Notes: generated from the letters alone by a model not told the origin. A stretch of DNA of 64,000 bases from Bdellovibrionales bacterium (GCA_964230645.1 CAXRHT010000002.1:1024001-1088000); one strand, 5' to 3'; counted from the stretch's first letter, positions 1 to 10,947 are shown. Numbers and translations are program-made.

Positions 1-976
1 TCGTCTCTTTTAAGGCCATGATCTCAGTGTAATCGGTTGAAACCCCAGCCATTAAAAATGTGAAACCATTTCCCGGGGCTCTAGCAGTGGTGACAAGCTC
101 TGAGGCTAGAGGCGCTGAACCCTCGGAACACACTTCCAGAACCGTCGCGACGGCTAAAGTAAGAACCACCCCAACGGCTGTTGGCCCAAAAAAGGTTTGC
201 AGAGTGTCGGGGCTTACGAACACACTCACAAGAGCTGTAAGAACCACCCCAAAAAAGATCCAGCGCAGAATCATTTTAGATTCTTGCAGACTATTCTTCA
301 GAGTGCGAAAGAACAGCTCTTTTTTAGAGTCATGCGGGGGAAGCTCGATCCAAGGGACCTTATCCTCAGGAATTAGGTCTGGGGTTTTGGGGTTCGCGGG
401 TAAAACACCTTTCCCCACAAGCCATTGAAAATAAAGCCCAGAAATAATGGCCACCACACAGGAGCCCACAATGAACGCTAGGGTCCAAGGGAGGCCAATC
501 AGACCCCATAGGATGAGCGTCATGGAAAACGAGTTCCAGGGTGAAGCCACTAAAAAAGCCACCACTTGGCCGATGTGGGCTCCTCGTTCATAGAGCTTCA
601 TCCCAATAAGCAAAATTCCATGGCTACAGAGATCCAATAATATGCCAGCGGCTGTGGCCCGCAGAACCCCTTTAATGCCCTTGGCCTCTCCTAGCACCTG
701 ATGAAATTTCTTCCTTGGGATGTAATCCAGAAGCCCCACAAAAAAGAGGGCAAAAACTAGGCCCCAGAACATCTTACCCATGAGATCCACCATGGTTTCA
801 CCCATCTCGATGAGCCAAGGGAGCTTTGAAAACTGCGGGAAAAGACCTGATCTTTCAAACCCCACCACCAAAAAGCCAAAAACGACAATTAAAAGGCTTC
901 CCCAGAGGAGGTAATCGGGCTTTCCAGAAGGGGGGTGGCAGTCGGAATGGCAGGAGATTTCATGTTGATGCTGCAC
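1..976 (-). CDS. Predicted permease (DUF318/ArsP-like), truncated at window edge
   Basis: Not in the ORF track. Manual translation from GTG at 976 gives VQHQHEISCHSDCH...GILLDLCSHGILL...FLVASPWNS...EVCSEGSAPLA...FLMAGVSTDYTE. It has multiple TM segments and the paired Cys motifs typical of DUF318 permeases, and runs off the left end. Confidence 0.8.
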   Translation of the reverse strand, partial: MQHQHEISCHSDCHPPSGKPDYLLWGSLLIVVFGFLVVGFERSGLFPQFSKLPWLIEMGETMVDLMGKMFWGLVFALFFVGLLDYIPRKKFHQVLGEAKGIKGVLRATAAGILLDLCSHGILLIGMKLYERGAHIGQVVAFLVASPWNSFSMTLILWGLIGLPWTLAFIVGSCVVAIISGLYFQWLVGKGVLPANPKTPDLIPEDKVPWIELPPHDSKKELFFRTLKNSLQESKMILRWIFFGVVLTALVSVFVSPDTLQTFFGPTAVGVVLTLAVATVLEVCSEGSAPLASELVTTARAPGNGFTFLMAGVSTDYTEIMALKET

Positions 977-982
977 CCTTTC

Positions 983-988
983 ATTATA
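983..988 (-). promoter_or_regulatory. Putative sigma70 -10 box (TATAAT), 6 nt upstream of the permease GTG
   Basis: Minus strand reads TATAAT-gaaagg-GTG; weak -35 (ATGAAC) at a 17-nt spacer. Confidence 0.55.
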
Positions 989-1142
989 ATATACCTAAGG
1001 CCTAAGTTCATCCGCATTTTTTTTGCACTGGTCGTCATCTCATGATAACAACATCTCTTAAATAGTAACAATTTCAGTGATTTCTTTGAGCGACACGACT
1101 CGATCTCAGGGATCTATAAGTAAAATTAAGAGGATGTAAGCT

Positions 1143-3248
1143 ATGTCACAAAAGTGGGAACTGGAAAAAGTTCGTAATATCGGTATTTCAGCTCATATTG
1201 ACTCCGGTAAAACCACGCTCACCGAGCGTATTCTGTTTTACACAGGTCGAATTCACGCCATTCACGACGTGAGAGGTAAGGATGGAGTGGGAGCCAAAAT
1301 GGACTCCATGGAACTTGAGAGAGAGCGTGGAATCACGATTCAATCAGCCGCCACCAACGTATTCTGGGGCGACACAAACATTAACATCATTGATACTCCC
1401 GGACACGTTGACTTCACCGTGGAAGTGGAAAGAGCTCTACGAGTTCTCGATGGTGCCATTCTCGTCCTCTGTGGAACCTCGGGTGTTCAATCTCAGTCCA
1501 TCACTGTGGATCGCCAAATGCGCCGTTACGATGTTCCTCGCTTGGCTTTCATCAACAAACTCGACCGTGCCGGAGCCAATCCTTATCGTGTGACCGAGCA
1601 GCTCAGAGAAAAGCTTTCTCACAACGCCGTGATGATGCAAATTCCTATCGGAACCGAAGACTCCCACGAAGGTGTTGTGGATCTTATCACGATGAAAGCT
1701 TACCGCTTTGAAGGTGACGCTGGTGAAAAAGTCGCTGAGTACGACATCCCTGAAGATATGAAAGCGGATGCCGAGAAGTACCGCGAGGAAATGTTAGAAG
1801 CCGTTTCTATGTTCGATGACGAATTAATGAATAAGCTTCTTGAAGGAGAGGAAATCTCTGAGGACCTTATCCACCAAGCCGTGCGTACAGGAACTCTTAG
1901 CCTAGATTTGACCCCAGTCTTTATGGGTTCTGCTTATAAGAACAAAGGGGTTCAGCTTCTTCTAAACGCTGTGACTCGCTACCTCCCTAACCCTCGTCAA
2001 ATTGATAACAAAGCTCTTGATATCGATAAAGACGAAGAAGAAGTGATGCTTAAAACAGAAGACGATCTTCCTTTGGTGGCTCTTGCTTTTAAATTGGAAG
2101 ACGGACGCTACGGGCAGCTCACCTACATGAGAATCTACCAAGGTTCTATGAAAAAGGGTGATTTCATCTTCAACACAACCACTGATAAAAAACTTAAGGT
2201 GCCTCGTATTGTTAAGATGAACTCTAGTGATATGACGGATGTGGAAGAAGCCAAAGCCGGTGACATTGTCGCCCTTTTTGGTGTGGACTGTGCCTCTGGG
2301 GACACTTTCACAGATGGAAATGTGAACTACGCCATGACTTCCATGCACGTTCCTGATGCTGTGATCTCTTTAGCTATTGCTCCTAAAGATAAGTCAAATG
2401 CCAGTAACTTCTCTAAAGCTCTTAACAAATTTAAGAAGGAAGACCCGACTTTTCGTGTTCATAGAGACGAAGAGTCTAATGAAACGATTATCTCTGGAAT
2501 GGGTGAGCTTCACTTGGAAGTTTATGTTGAGCGTATGAAGCGTGAGTTTAAATGTGAAGTGATCACAGGACAGCCGCAGGTGGCTTACCGTGAGACCATT
2601 GGTCAAGAGGCCGCTTACGACTACACTCATAAAAAGCAAACGGGTGGTTCCGGACAGTTCGCCAAAACGGTTGGTAAAATTCGTCCGATCCCGGCTGAAG
2701 AAGAAGAGAACTTTCGCTTTAATAACAACATCGTGGGTGGACGTATTCCTAAAGAATATATCCCTGCGGTTGAAAAAGGCTTCCAAGAGCAGCTTGCAAA
2801 AGGAACACTTATTGGATTCCCGATTGTTAACGTGGAAGTGGATCTTGATGACGGTGCTTACCATGATGTGGATTCAAGCGAGATGGCCTTTAAAATCTGT
2901 GCCATGGCTGCCATGAGACAAGCTTATGAGCGCGCCAATCCAACAGCTCTTGAGCCTCTTATGAAAGTGGAAGTTTCCGCTCCTGAGGAGTTCCAAGGTT
3001 CTGTGATGGGTCAGATCAACCAACGTCGTGGAATGATCGCTGGTACTCACACCCAAGAGGGTTTTGTGACCGTCGAAGCTGACGTTCCCCTTAGTGAAAT
3101 GTTTGGTTATTCCAATGATCTTCGCTCAGCCACTCAAGGTAAGGGTGAGTTCTCCATGGAATTCTCAAAGTACGCTCCTGTACCAAGAAATATCCAGGAC
3201 GAGCTTTCTAAGAAGTACCAAGAAGAAAAAGCCGCGGAGAACAAATAA
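1143..3248 (+). CDS. fusA: Elongation factor G (spirochete/deltaproteobacteria/mitochondrial EF-G1-like subgroup)
   Basis: [57 protein letters not shown] motifs; 701 aa; RBS AGAGGA. Confidence 0.97.
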   Translation: MSQKWELEKVRNIGISAHIDSGKTTLTERILFYTGRIHAIHDVRGKDGVGAKMDSMELERERGITIQSAATNVFWGDTNINIIDTPGHVDFTVEVERALRVLDGAILVLCGTSGVQSQSITVDRQMRRYDVPRLAFINKLDRAGANPYRVTEQLREKLSHNAVMMQIPIGTEDSHEGVVDLITMKAYRFEGDAGEKVAEYDIPEDMKADAEKYREEMLEAVSMFDDELMNKLLEGEEISEDLIHQAVRTGTLSLDLTPVFMGSAYKNKGVQLLLNAVTRYLPNPRQIDNKALDIDKDEEEVMLKTEDDLPLVALAFKLEDGRYGQLTYMRIYQGSMKKGDFIFNTTTDKKLKVPRIVKMNSSDMTDVEEAKAGDIVALFGVDCASGDTFTDGNVNYAMTSMHVPDAVISLAIAPKDKSNASNFSKALNKFKKEDPTFRVHRDEESNETIISGMGELHLEVYVERMKREFKCEVITGQPQVAYRETIGQEAAYDYTHKKQTGGSGQFAKTVGKIRPIPAEEEENFRFNNNIVGGRIPKEYIPAVEKGFQEQLAKGTLIGFPIVNVEVDLDDGAYHDVDSSEMAFKICAMAAMRQAYERANPTALEPLMKVEVSAPEEFQGSVMGQINQRRGMIAGTHTQEGFVTVEADVPLSEMFGYSNDLRSATQGKGEFSMEFSKYAPVPRNIQDELSKKYQEEKAAENK

Positions 3249-3787
3249 TGATTTTTTCAGATGGAGGCCTGAAGGCCCTAATTGATAACGGGGACCTTGT
3301 TGTTGATCCACTCACACCAGAGTCCATTCAACCAGCCTCCATTGATTGTCGCCTTGGGGATCACTACCTTGTGGTAGAACCCCAAGACACACCCATTATT
3401 TCCATGTCCCAAGAGATTAAATATAAAGAAGTGGTGGCTGATACCATTACGATCGCCCCCCACTCTTTTCTTTTAGCGACCACCATGGAGTACATTAAAC
3501 TTCCCGATGATATGGTTTCATTCGTTGAAGGACGCAGCTCTATTGGACGCATGGGCCTTTTTATCCAAAATGCCGGCTGGGTTGACCCCGGTTTTGAAGG
3601 CAAAATCACACTTGAGCTTTACAACGCCAACTCCCTTCCCATTCAACTAGAGTCGGGACGCCGTATTTGCCAACTGGTTTTTGGTAAAATGGACGCAAAA
3701 GCTTTAAAGCCCTACCGAGGTAAATACCAAGGTCAAACCCAGTCCGTGGGTTCACGAGTTTGGAAGGACTCTGAGAACGACCTTTAA
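3248..3787 (+). CDS. dcd: dCTP deaminase
   Basis: QPASIDCRLG, EGRSSIGRMGL, AGWVDPGFEGKITLEL, YRGKYQGQ; TAATG overlap with fusA. Confidence 0.95.
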   Translation: MIFSDGGLKALIDNGDLVVDPLTPESIQPASIDCRLGDHYLVVEPQDTPIISMSQEIKYKEVVADTITIAPHSFLLATTMEYIKLPDDMVSFVEGRSSIGRMGLFIQNAGWVDPGFEGKITLELYNANSLPIQLESGRRICQLVFGKMDAKALKPYRGKYQGQTQSVGSRVWKDSENDL

Positions 3788-3799
3788 CTCTAAGAAGTT

Positions 3800-4258
3800 T
3801 TGATGGATTTTGATCTAAGTCTCATCTTTAAGATCTTAGGCTCTTTGAGCTTACCGATCATTTTAATTATCCTTTTCTTCAAGCAAAGGCGACAAAAGTT
3901 GAAACAAGAGCAATTCCCTAGCCCAACTGTAGTTGGTGAAGGTGAAATCTATGATGAAGAAGCCTTGATTGCGGCGGAAAAGGCTGTGGCTAAAATGGAT
4001 TTAAGGGCTGAATTCTTGAAGAACGGTCTAATTAAAATCGACCAATTTTATACTCTTCATGGTTATGATCAGAATTCTATGCTTCGAATCACAAAGCAAT
4101 TGCAGGACCAAGACATCACCGCCGACTTCCTCTTTATTCAAAGTCTCCCCACCGGTGCCGCCAGTTATATGGGAAACACGGGTGTGTTTGAACTCTTTGT
4201 CGACTCAGAAAAAGAAGAACAAGCGAGATCTTTGTTGGCTAAAATTTTAAACCCCTAG
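3800..4258 (+). CDS. Hypothetical protein with N-terminal TM anchor
   Basis: 152-aa ORF with a hydrophobic N-terminal helix. The C-terminal FELFVDSEKEEQARSLL resembles DUF2007-like small domains (weak). Confidence 0.65.
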   Translation: MMDFDLSLIFKILGSLSLPIILIILFFKQRRQKLKQEQFPSPTVVGEGEIYDEEALIAAEKAVAKMDLRAEFLKNGLIKIDQFYTLHGYDQNSMLRITKQLQDQDITADFLFIQSLPTGAASYMGNTGVFELFVDSEKEEQARSLLAKILNP

Positions 4259-4386
4259 AACCAATTTGTACCTATTGATGAGGCCGAGGCCTTTTCTTTT
4301 GCCTCGACTTTTCCCTTCCTACTGAACCTGACCTGATTAAAGCCATTGCTAAAAGGCTCCCACTTTAGGGACACCCGCGTTTTTAG

Positions 4387-5538
4387 TTAATCAAGAGAGG
4401 AAAGAATATATTCAAATAATTCTTGAACACTGGCCTTAGCTTCCGCATGGGCTGAATTTGTCACAAGTTGAACGATGAGCTCTTCTTGAGGGTTTAAAAA
4501 CGCCAGAGCAAAGTTAAAGGTGTTGCTCCCAGAGTGTTGAAAAACTCTCTGACCTTCTTTATTAAATCCAACGCCCCAGCCCCCGTAGGTGTAGGGATAA
4601 TCTTTTGAAGGAGACTGAAAGTAAGGAGAATTCCGATCGGATTGAGGTAATAAACGCCCCTCCCCCTGCCAAGTTTTTAAAACCTCGGTGAGAAAAATTT
4701 GCCAATCGCCCAGACTGCAGTGAACCGTACCGGCCGGTCCCAGCATCGCTGGATTATCGGGGTTAAGCTTTGGAGGCAAAGCAATGAGTTCATCCTTTTG
4801 TTGCAAGTGAGCCCAAGGCTCACTCGGACTTACTTCTTCGATAGCACCAGCGACACCAAAGCCACATTGGTTCATTTCCAGTGGAGTAAAAAGTTTTTCC
4901 TTTACCAAGACTTCCCAGCTTTTTTGATAAAGCTTTTCTAAAATCCTACCAATGACCACATAGTTACTATTAAGATAGCGGAACGATTTTTTGGAGTTAT
5001 CGACAGGCCTTTGCTGAAATAAGGCCGTCACGATTTTTTCTCTTTGAACCGAAACATCCTCTTCAGATTTAAAAAAACTTTTCCAAAGCTCTCCCCCATC
5101 GACGCTTTGGAGAGAATTCAGTGGGCTTGAGTGGCTTAAGAAATCTTTTACTTTAACCTCCGAGTAGCCCAGGTGGAATTTTTTAAGATTTAAAACTTCC
5201 ACCACTAGGTCCTCATAAGACAGAAGCCCTTCCTCAGAGGCTATAGCCACTAAAAAGGCTGTCATTGCCTTTGTATCTGATCCCAGGTGCCACCGGTCTT
5301 TTAGAGTTGCTTTAGCCTCATGTTGCAAAGAGCGATGACCACTCACCCAATTAAAGAGTGGAAAATTATACTTTGAGATGGAAACGCCAAGAGCGGGAAG
5401 ACCGGCTTTTTGGATGGCATCCTTGGCTTCAGACTTCCAGCGATTTCTCAGTGGTTCGGTTTCCGCTTTCATTGAACTCACCACAAGGATGAGAAAGATC
5501 ACCACAAAGCTATGAAGAATAGGCTTTATTTGCTGCAT
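4387..5538 (-). CDS. Secreted serine hydrolase, beta-lactamase/AmpC-like family
   Basis: Signal peptide; SxxK (GSDTK), YxN (YLNSNY), GPAG and HSGSN motifs. Confidence 0.88.
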   Translation of the reverse strand: MQQIKPILHSFVVIFLILVVSSMKAETEPLRNRWKSEAKDAIQKAGLPALGVSISKYNFPLFNWVSGHRSLQHEAKATLKDRWHLGSDTKAMTAFLVAIASEEGLLSYEDLVVEVLNLKKFHLGYSEVKVKDFLSHSSPLNSLQSVDGGELWKSFFKSEEDVSVQREKIVTALFQQRPVDNSKKSFRYLNSNYVVIGRILEKLYQKSWEVLVKEKLFTPLEMNQCGFGVAGAIEEVSPSEPWAHLQQKDELIALPPKLNPDNPAMLGPAGTVHCSLGDWQIFLTEVLKTWQGEGRLLPQSDRNSPYFQSPSKDYPYTYGGWGVGFNKEGQRVFQHSGSNTFNFALAFLNPQEELIVQLVTNSAHAEAKASVQELFEYILSSLD

Positions 5539-5549
5539 TTTCCCCCCAG

Positions 5550-5579
5550 AAAAAAAAAGGTCCGTGGTTAAACGGACCC
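5550..5579 (-). terminator. Rho-independent terminator after the metalloprotease gene
   Basis: Minus strand GGTCCGT-ttaacc-ACGGACC followed by T9. Confidence 0.8.
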
Positions 5580-5585
5580 TTCTGT

Positions 5586-8500
5586 CTATAGTTGCGCGGC
5601 CGTTAGCAGTAAGCGGAAAATCAAATCCACTTGTGCGTCGAGCTCTTCTTGATTGGCCATGTACATTTCGCCTACTTCTTTGTTGGCGATATATTGCTCT
5701 TCGAGCTCGGCCACTGACTCATCAATTCTCACTTCAAGCTGTTCCGTCGAAGTTATCAACTCAATATCGGAATCCTCAGGAAGGATTTCGCTCATGGGTT
5801 GCTTCAATATATTAAGGAGAGCGCCTTCTAACTCATTGGCTGGTTGGTAGCCCTCTTCTTTTTCTGCAAGAGAGAGCATGAGTTGAACTGTTTCCTGATT
5901 GAACTCTGTTCCCATCTGCTCAAGGAATGGAGTGAGCTGTCTTGGAAGGATGTTATCGAAAAACAATCCGAGTTCTGTACCAAAAACGGTACTCAGCAAA
6001 CGTGCAATGGGCTGAGTTTGCGGATTTTGCTGAAGCTGGTTAACCATGCCGTTAAGCTGAACCACTCGGGCGAAGAAATCTCCAAAATCCATATTCTCAG
6101 AACCTTGAACAAGCGGGCCCAAGTTTTCAACCATAGCTCCTTTAGCCTGCATATAAACTTGCTCAGGAAAAGGTCCGCTTGTTTGTTGAGCAATCGCCGG
6201 CATCTGCTGAAGCTCTTTTAATTTATTAATAAGGACCACAGCGATCTGGTTTCTTTGCGAAGCGTACAGATACTGCCCGGCTTGATACTCATGATAAACA
6301 GCACCAGCGTTCTCGATAATGCTAAAATCATTGGTCGTTCTAACCATAAAAGGCGAAAAACGTCGAGCTGAGGCCGTGCTATCTCCGGGTACAAAGAGAC
6401 CTTGTAAGAACTCACCGTACATGGAGATCAAAATATCACTTTCATCTTTAAAGTTTTTGAAAGCCTTGGTGTCCCCTAAACGGGCTCTGACATCCTCTTC
6501 ACCCAACGTACGAGCTTGTGCATATTCATCCAAATCAATTTTGGTATTGGTCAGGAAGACTCCGTCAAGAAAACGCGACAACAGAAGACTTGTGATCACC
6601 ATTCTTGCGTCCGGCTCATCAAGCACATTAGGAGTAAAATTGGTTTCAATCTGGTTAAAGAGTGAAGGCGTTAACCCTCTGGAAGTCATAAACAGAATGG
6701 AGGAGAGCTTCAGGATAGAAGTTCCAGCATAATCAAGGGGCTCAAGTAGTCCTCTTGGATCGAGACTAAAGCGCCCTCCCTCAAGGAAGTAACCAAGTTC
6801 TTCGTCAAGAGTGTAACCACTCTCCTCGATCATTCCAACCACAAGTGGGTCTTCACAACTTCTGACTTCACCACGTTTGTTACTAACCAAAAGTTCTTTT
6901 TTAATCGAGGCTAATTCAAAGAGGAATTTCTCACCGGACTCATCTTTGACCATACAGTATTTGTTGGGAAGAAAGGCCAGGTCCAAAGCCACATTAATAA
7001 AGATGTTTCTAGCTTTCAGTAAATCCCGATTTCTTTCGCTATCAGCTCCGTTGATTAGACTTTCAACAATGCCCTGATACTCTTCGACACTCACACCTTC
7101 GAGATAGCGTTTCTTAACTCCCACCTGAGAGGCGACAATCGCACGCCATTCATCGTAGAACTCTTTCATACGACTGTAAGACCTAAGAGTGACAACTTGA
7201 TCCTGATAAGTCGCTTTGTCGAAACGGTAAATGTATCGACCCACATCACGAAGATCTTTATCCGCCACAAACTTAACCATTTCCACCGCGTTCGTTCCAA
7301 AATCGTGAACAGCACAGTAAGGATCAGACTTGATCAAACGGGCATTAAGGTCCGTACAAAATTTGTAGTCCTTAAGATCCGTATTATTCGCTTGAGCGGC
7401 TTGATCAATAGTTACACCATTGGGAACCTCAAGAGGTGCGGCATTTCCTTCCGTTTCCACATGGCCTTTGTAACCGAACTTAAGAGCGGCGATATCGTAG
7501 TTTCCTGGGTAAACCTGAGTGTAGGCCGGCCATGGGACATAATCCATGCATGAGCTCGTTCCCACTTTTCCTGTGAACGGATTGTCGAGAGTCATATACT
7601 GAGTTCGATAAGAAGAAGCTTCCGTAAAGTTCTCTTGATCCACGGATCCCATGAAATTGTGTCTTAATCCAAGGTTGTGGCCAATTTCGTGCACCAAGTT
7701 TCCAAGAGCCTGAAGGGCCATCAACTCGCGCACACAAGGCCAAAGAGCCTCATTCTCCTCTGAGGTAGAAGGGAGACTGTTTGAATTTTTATACTTATCA
7801 ATAAAGTTCATGACAGTAGGACATTTTTCTTGGGCAAAATCGACCATGGCTTTGTCGTAAATTCGCTCTTGGGAATTGGTGTTTTCTGCAAAAGCTGAAC
7901 TTGCAGAAAGACCGACCATCACTCCTGATTGCTCCATCATATTATTGGCGTAGACGTAAGAAGCCCGTGTGTTGTTGTGATAAACAGACTCAACATCCGG
8001 TCCCCAAACATTGTCTGAAGCTAAAAGAGGATTGATACGAGCGTATAAATCGTGGAAAGAGCTTAACTCTTCCTTTTGCCCAAGGGGATTAATGATCGAC
8101 TGACCACTGATTTCCTCATCACCGACAAGGGGGGCTTTCACAAAGCCTGTTTGATTGGCTTTATTTTTCCATTGAAAAACAGGAAGAGTCTCAAAGCTTC
8201 CTTGGTCATTCACTCGAATAAGGGAGCTTCCAACCGCCATATTCACTCTTTGAATGAGAGGACTGACTGTGCTCGCACCACCAGGATTGAAAAAATCAGG
8301 TTGATAGCCCATCTCTTCAGCGACATAAGCTCTTAAAGCACTAAAAAATAAGTTTCGATCTCCGGCTGTGTAAATATTTGAAACAGCGGAAACGACCTCT
8401 CCTGTTGAGGCCTCATTAAAAGAAGGACCAAATCCTCCGTTATCGCCTGTATCATCAGTGATAATATTTAAAAGATTGTAACGTAGGTCACCGATCTCTT

Positions 8501-9968
8501 GGTCAGCGGACTCATCAAGAATGATGTTAATTCCTAGACCCGCTTTTTCAAAAGCTTGCTGCCATAGGTTTATTGCCTCACGTCCAACATTTCTCACCCA
8601 CTCATCTTTGGGGGTGGCGGTACTGAAATGATAAACAATGTCTTTATTAGGATTGAAACGAGATATATAGGTTCTCTGTTCGATGTCCTCTAAACGTGCG
8701 GTTCGTTCGTCGAAAATTTGGTGCTTTGTGGATGTAAAATAACCAAATTTTTTCATATCTTCGATAAGGGCAAATCGTGGCTCAAACTGCGCGCTATCAT
8801 CGGTTCTCATGAAGGCATATCGAACGACCTCTCCGTTGAGAGCTCCGCCTTTTTCAATTACAAATTCAAAATAGTCGTCTTGGATTTTTAGACTTTTTAG
8901 CTCTTTATTTGAAGAGAACTGTAAAAAAGAGGTCAAGAAATCTCCAGCCACGTCTTCAAGAGACTGAATATCGAGGATATCCATCTTAAAGAATTGGCCT
9001 CGTTCAACCTCTGGAATCACTTCTACTTCTGCTAATCCAAATGTATCTCCCCTGTCCTCTCTACGGTAATCAACGAGTTCACCAGGAATTGTCACCGGAA
9101 TAATAGCGTTGAGGCGATCGCCTGAGTCGAGCATTTGTTGCTTTAATTTTTCATCAATATTTGTAGAGACACCAAAAATGTTATTTTGACGAACCACAAA
9201 CTCAATCCGACCCGCATCGATAAAATTACCGCCGTGATCCACAGCACCGGAACTACCAAACCCGATAGTGCTTCCTGAACCATAACGCTTACGAACGACA
9301 GTCCTTTGGAAATACCATTCACCCTGGAAGAAATCTGAAGGCACAACATCGATTTTCTCGGCTTCATCAAACTCTTCGAATTGTCTGGTATCGATTTCAA
9401 AGTAACTGGCCGATTTGTAACGTCGACGGTCGACTCTAATTTTTAATTCGATATTGGTGTCACGGTTATCCGCATTTCTTTGTTTTTCAACATTAAAAAA
9501 GTTGGCAATTGGAAAGCCACCTACTGGAACAACCCATTTGTCACCTTGCTTGGTGGAATAGGGTCTTTCTAAATGAGAGATTTGCTCATCACTGATCATC
9601 TTGTAGGCCACTAAGAAGTTGGGCTCAACACGAAAGAGAATTTTATAGGTCGTGTTCGGTTGACCACGAAACTCAAGCTCTCTTTGATTCTCCCCTAGAA
9701 ACGGGCAATCAGTTTCAAATTGATAAACGTTGAGATATTTAATTTCGGGATGATTCACCTCGAACTCTTCGGCTTGAGAGACCTTAGCAATGGTCGAAAG
9801 CTTCTGATCAGAAGTTGTGAGCTCACAGGTGAGTCCATCGTAACGACTTTGAACAAAGAGGTCGTCGATATTCGCGCCCTGTTGTTCGATGTCATCTCTC
9901 TGTTGAACACAGGAAGACGTCATCAATAGCATCAGTCCCAGAGTGAGTAGTCGTGTAAAAAGATTCAT
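5586..9968 (-). CDS. Large lipoprotein, zinc-dependent metalloprotease (EcxA/DUF4953-like metzincin)
   Basis: Start reassigned to ATG 9968 (RBS AAGGGAG). Lipobox MTSSC; HEIGHNLGLRHNF zinc motif; Met-turn SCMDY; YDIAALKFGY; GDLRYN; about 1460 aa. Confidence 0.88.
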   Translation of the reverse strand: MNLFTRLLTLGLMLLMTSSCVQQRDDIEQQGANIDDLFVQSRYDGLTCELTTSDQKLSTIAKVSQAEEFEVNHPEIKYLNVYQFETDCPFLGENQRELEFRGQPNTTYKILFRVEPNFLVAYKMISDEQISHLERPYSTKQGDKWVVPVGGFPIANFFNVEKQRNADNRDTNIELKIRVDRRRYKSASYFEIDTRQFEEFDEAEKIDVVPSDFFQGEWYFQRTVVRKRYGSGSTIGFGSSGAVDHGGNFIDAGRIEFVVRQNNIFGVSTNIDEKLKQQMLDSGDRLNAIIPVTIPGELVDYRREDRGDTFGLAEVEVIPEVERGQFFKMDILDIQSLEDVAGDFLTSFLQFSSNKELKSLKIQDDYFEFVIEKGGALNGEVVRYAFMRTDDSAQFEPRFALIEDMKKFGYFTSTKHQIFDERTARLEDIEQRTYISRFNPNKDIVYHFSTATPKDEWVRNVGREAINLWQQAFEKAGLGINIILDESADQEIGDLRYNLLNIITDDTGDNGGFGPSFNEASTGEVVSAVSNIYTAGDRNLFFSALRAYVAEEMGYQPDFFNPGGASTVSPLIQRVNMAVGSSLIRVNDQGSFETLPVFQWKNKANQTGFVKAPLVGDEEISGQSIINPLGQKEELSSFHDLYARINPLLASDNVWGPDVESVYHNNTRASYVYANNMMEQSGVMVGLSASSAFAENTNSQERIYDKAMVDFAQEKCPTVMNFIDKYKNSNSLPSTSEENEALWPCVRELMALQALGNLVHEIGHNLGLRHNFMGSVDQENFTEASSYRTQYMTLDNPFTGKVGTSSCMDYVPWPAYTQVYPGNYDIAALKFGYKGHVETEGNAAPLEVPNGVTIDQAAQANNTDLKDYKFCTDLNARLIKSDPYCAVHDFGTNAVEMVKFVADKDLRDVGRYIYRFDKATYQDQVVTLRSYSRMKEFYDEWRAIVASQVGVKKRYLEGVSVEEYQGIVESLINGADSERNRDLLKARNIFINVALDLAFLPNKYCMVKDESGEKFLFELASIKKELLVSNKRGEVRSCEDPLVVGMIEESGYTLDEELGYFLEGGRFSLDPRGLLEPLDYAGTSILKLSSILFMTSRGLTPSLFNQIETNFTPNVLDEPDARMVITSLLLSRFLDGVFLTNTKIDLDEYAQARTLGEEDVRARLGDTKAFKNFKDESDILISMYGEFLQGLFVPGDSTASARRFSPFMVRTTNDFSIIENAGAVYHEYQAGQYLYASQRNQIAVVLINKLKELQQMPAIAQQTSGPFPEQVYMQAKGAMVENLGPLVQGSENMDFGDFFARVVQLNGMVNQLQQNPQTQPIARLLSTVFGTELGLFFDNILPRQLTPFLEQMGTEFNQETVQLMLSLAEKEEGYQPANELEGALLNILKQPMSEILPEDSDIELITSTEQLEVRIDESVAELEEQYIANKEVGEMYMANQEELDAQVDLIFRLLLTAAQL

Positions 9969-9978
9969 TTCTTCTCCC

Positions 9979-10947
9979 TTAAAAAAAGTATGATCCACCA
10001 AGCATTAATCTTGATTTGTCATCATCTAAAAAAGCGTCATTAGTAATAGCCTCATCTCTCCAGCGATACTGTGCAAAAAGCTGAAAATCTTTACTCAGAA
10101 GATAAGTCGCTGTTGAACTGAGGGTTTCTACAAAAATCCAGTGGTTGGAGTAATCCATTCGGCTGTAAACACTAAAACTATTGGACCAAATTAAATTATC
10201 AGTGATTGAAGCAATAGCTCCGGCTCCCAAAGCCACCCCAAACGGTGAATTAAAGCGCGTTCCGAAGGCATCCGCTGTCTCGTATTGGTGTGCACTTAAA
10301 ATCGCGGTACCATTAAAGGATAAACTTAGAAAACTTAGGCTGCCACTAAGAGGTCGTCTCAGCGCAAGCGATCCAGAAAGGCTTCCATAAAGAGTTTCTC
10401 TTTGCGATCTTTCAGAAGCTGGTAATTGTATAGTAAGGCTTCCCGCTAATCGAGTGGCATTGGCAATGGTTCCTAAATTAGGGCTCAACCAAGAAAAGTA
10501 GACATCAGAAAATCCGTAGCGCTTGGGATCTGGGTCCAAACGGTCCATAGGTACAAGGTAGTCCACTGAGGCCGTAAGAGATTGCTGGTTACCAAGGCGA
10601 TAAGCGAAATCTCCACCGAGATTCATATAGGCTTCATCATAATAGTCTGCCGACCTGAAGCTCGAGAAGCTCGCCGAATAACTATAAGGAGACGACTGAT
10701 TCAAAGTCATCGCCTCACGCACGGTTAATCCCTGGGATACCGAGTCTTTAATATTTTCTTTTTTCTGTTCGGAATCATCATCAGCAAGAACAGGTTCAGC
10801 TAGCACAAGTACTAAAAGAAATATAATGAGATACGAATATCTCTCCAATATTTTTTGGACTTTAAAAGTCCCCAAATTCCCCGCTGACAACAATTCCCCC
10901 CGTACAAGTTGTCCATTAAACACGAGTCGGAGCCTATCAGTTTCCAA
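9979..10947 (-). CDS. Putative outer-membrane beta-barrel protein (true start probably TTG near 10848)
   Basis: Signal-peptide-like LIIFLLVLVLAEPVLA, alternating amphipathic strands, aromatic C-terminus GGSYFF. Confidence 0.7.
   Translation of the reverse strand: METDRLRLVFNGQLVRGELLSAGNLGTFKVQKILERYSYLIIFLLVLVLAEPVLADDDSEQKKENIKDSVSQGLTVREAMTLNQSSPYSYSASFSSFRSADYYDEAYMNLGGDFAYRLGNQQSLTASVDYLVPMDRLDPDPKRYGFSDVYFSWLSPNLGTIANATRLAGSLTIQLPASERSQRETLYGSLSGSLALRRPLSGSLSFLSLSFNGTAILSAHQYETADAFGTRFNSPFGVALGAGAIASITDNLIWSNSFSVYSRMDYSNHWIFVETLSSTATYLLSKDFQLFAQYRWRDEAITNDAFLDDDKSRLMLGGSYFF

Noticed and set aside
889..1071. 60-aa minus-strand ORF and 60-428(+) ORF
   Set aside because: Both overlap the permease, in another frame or on the opposite strand, and have no motifs.
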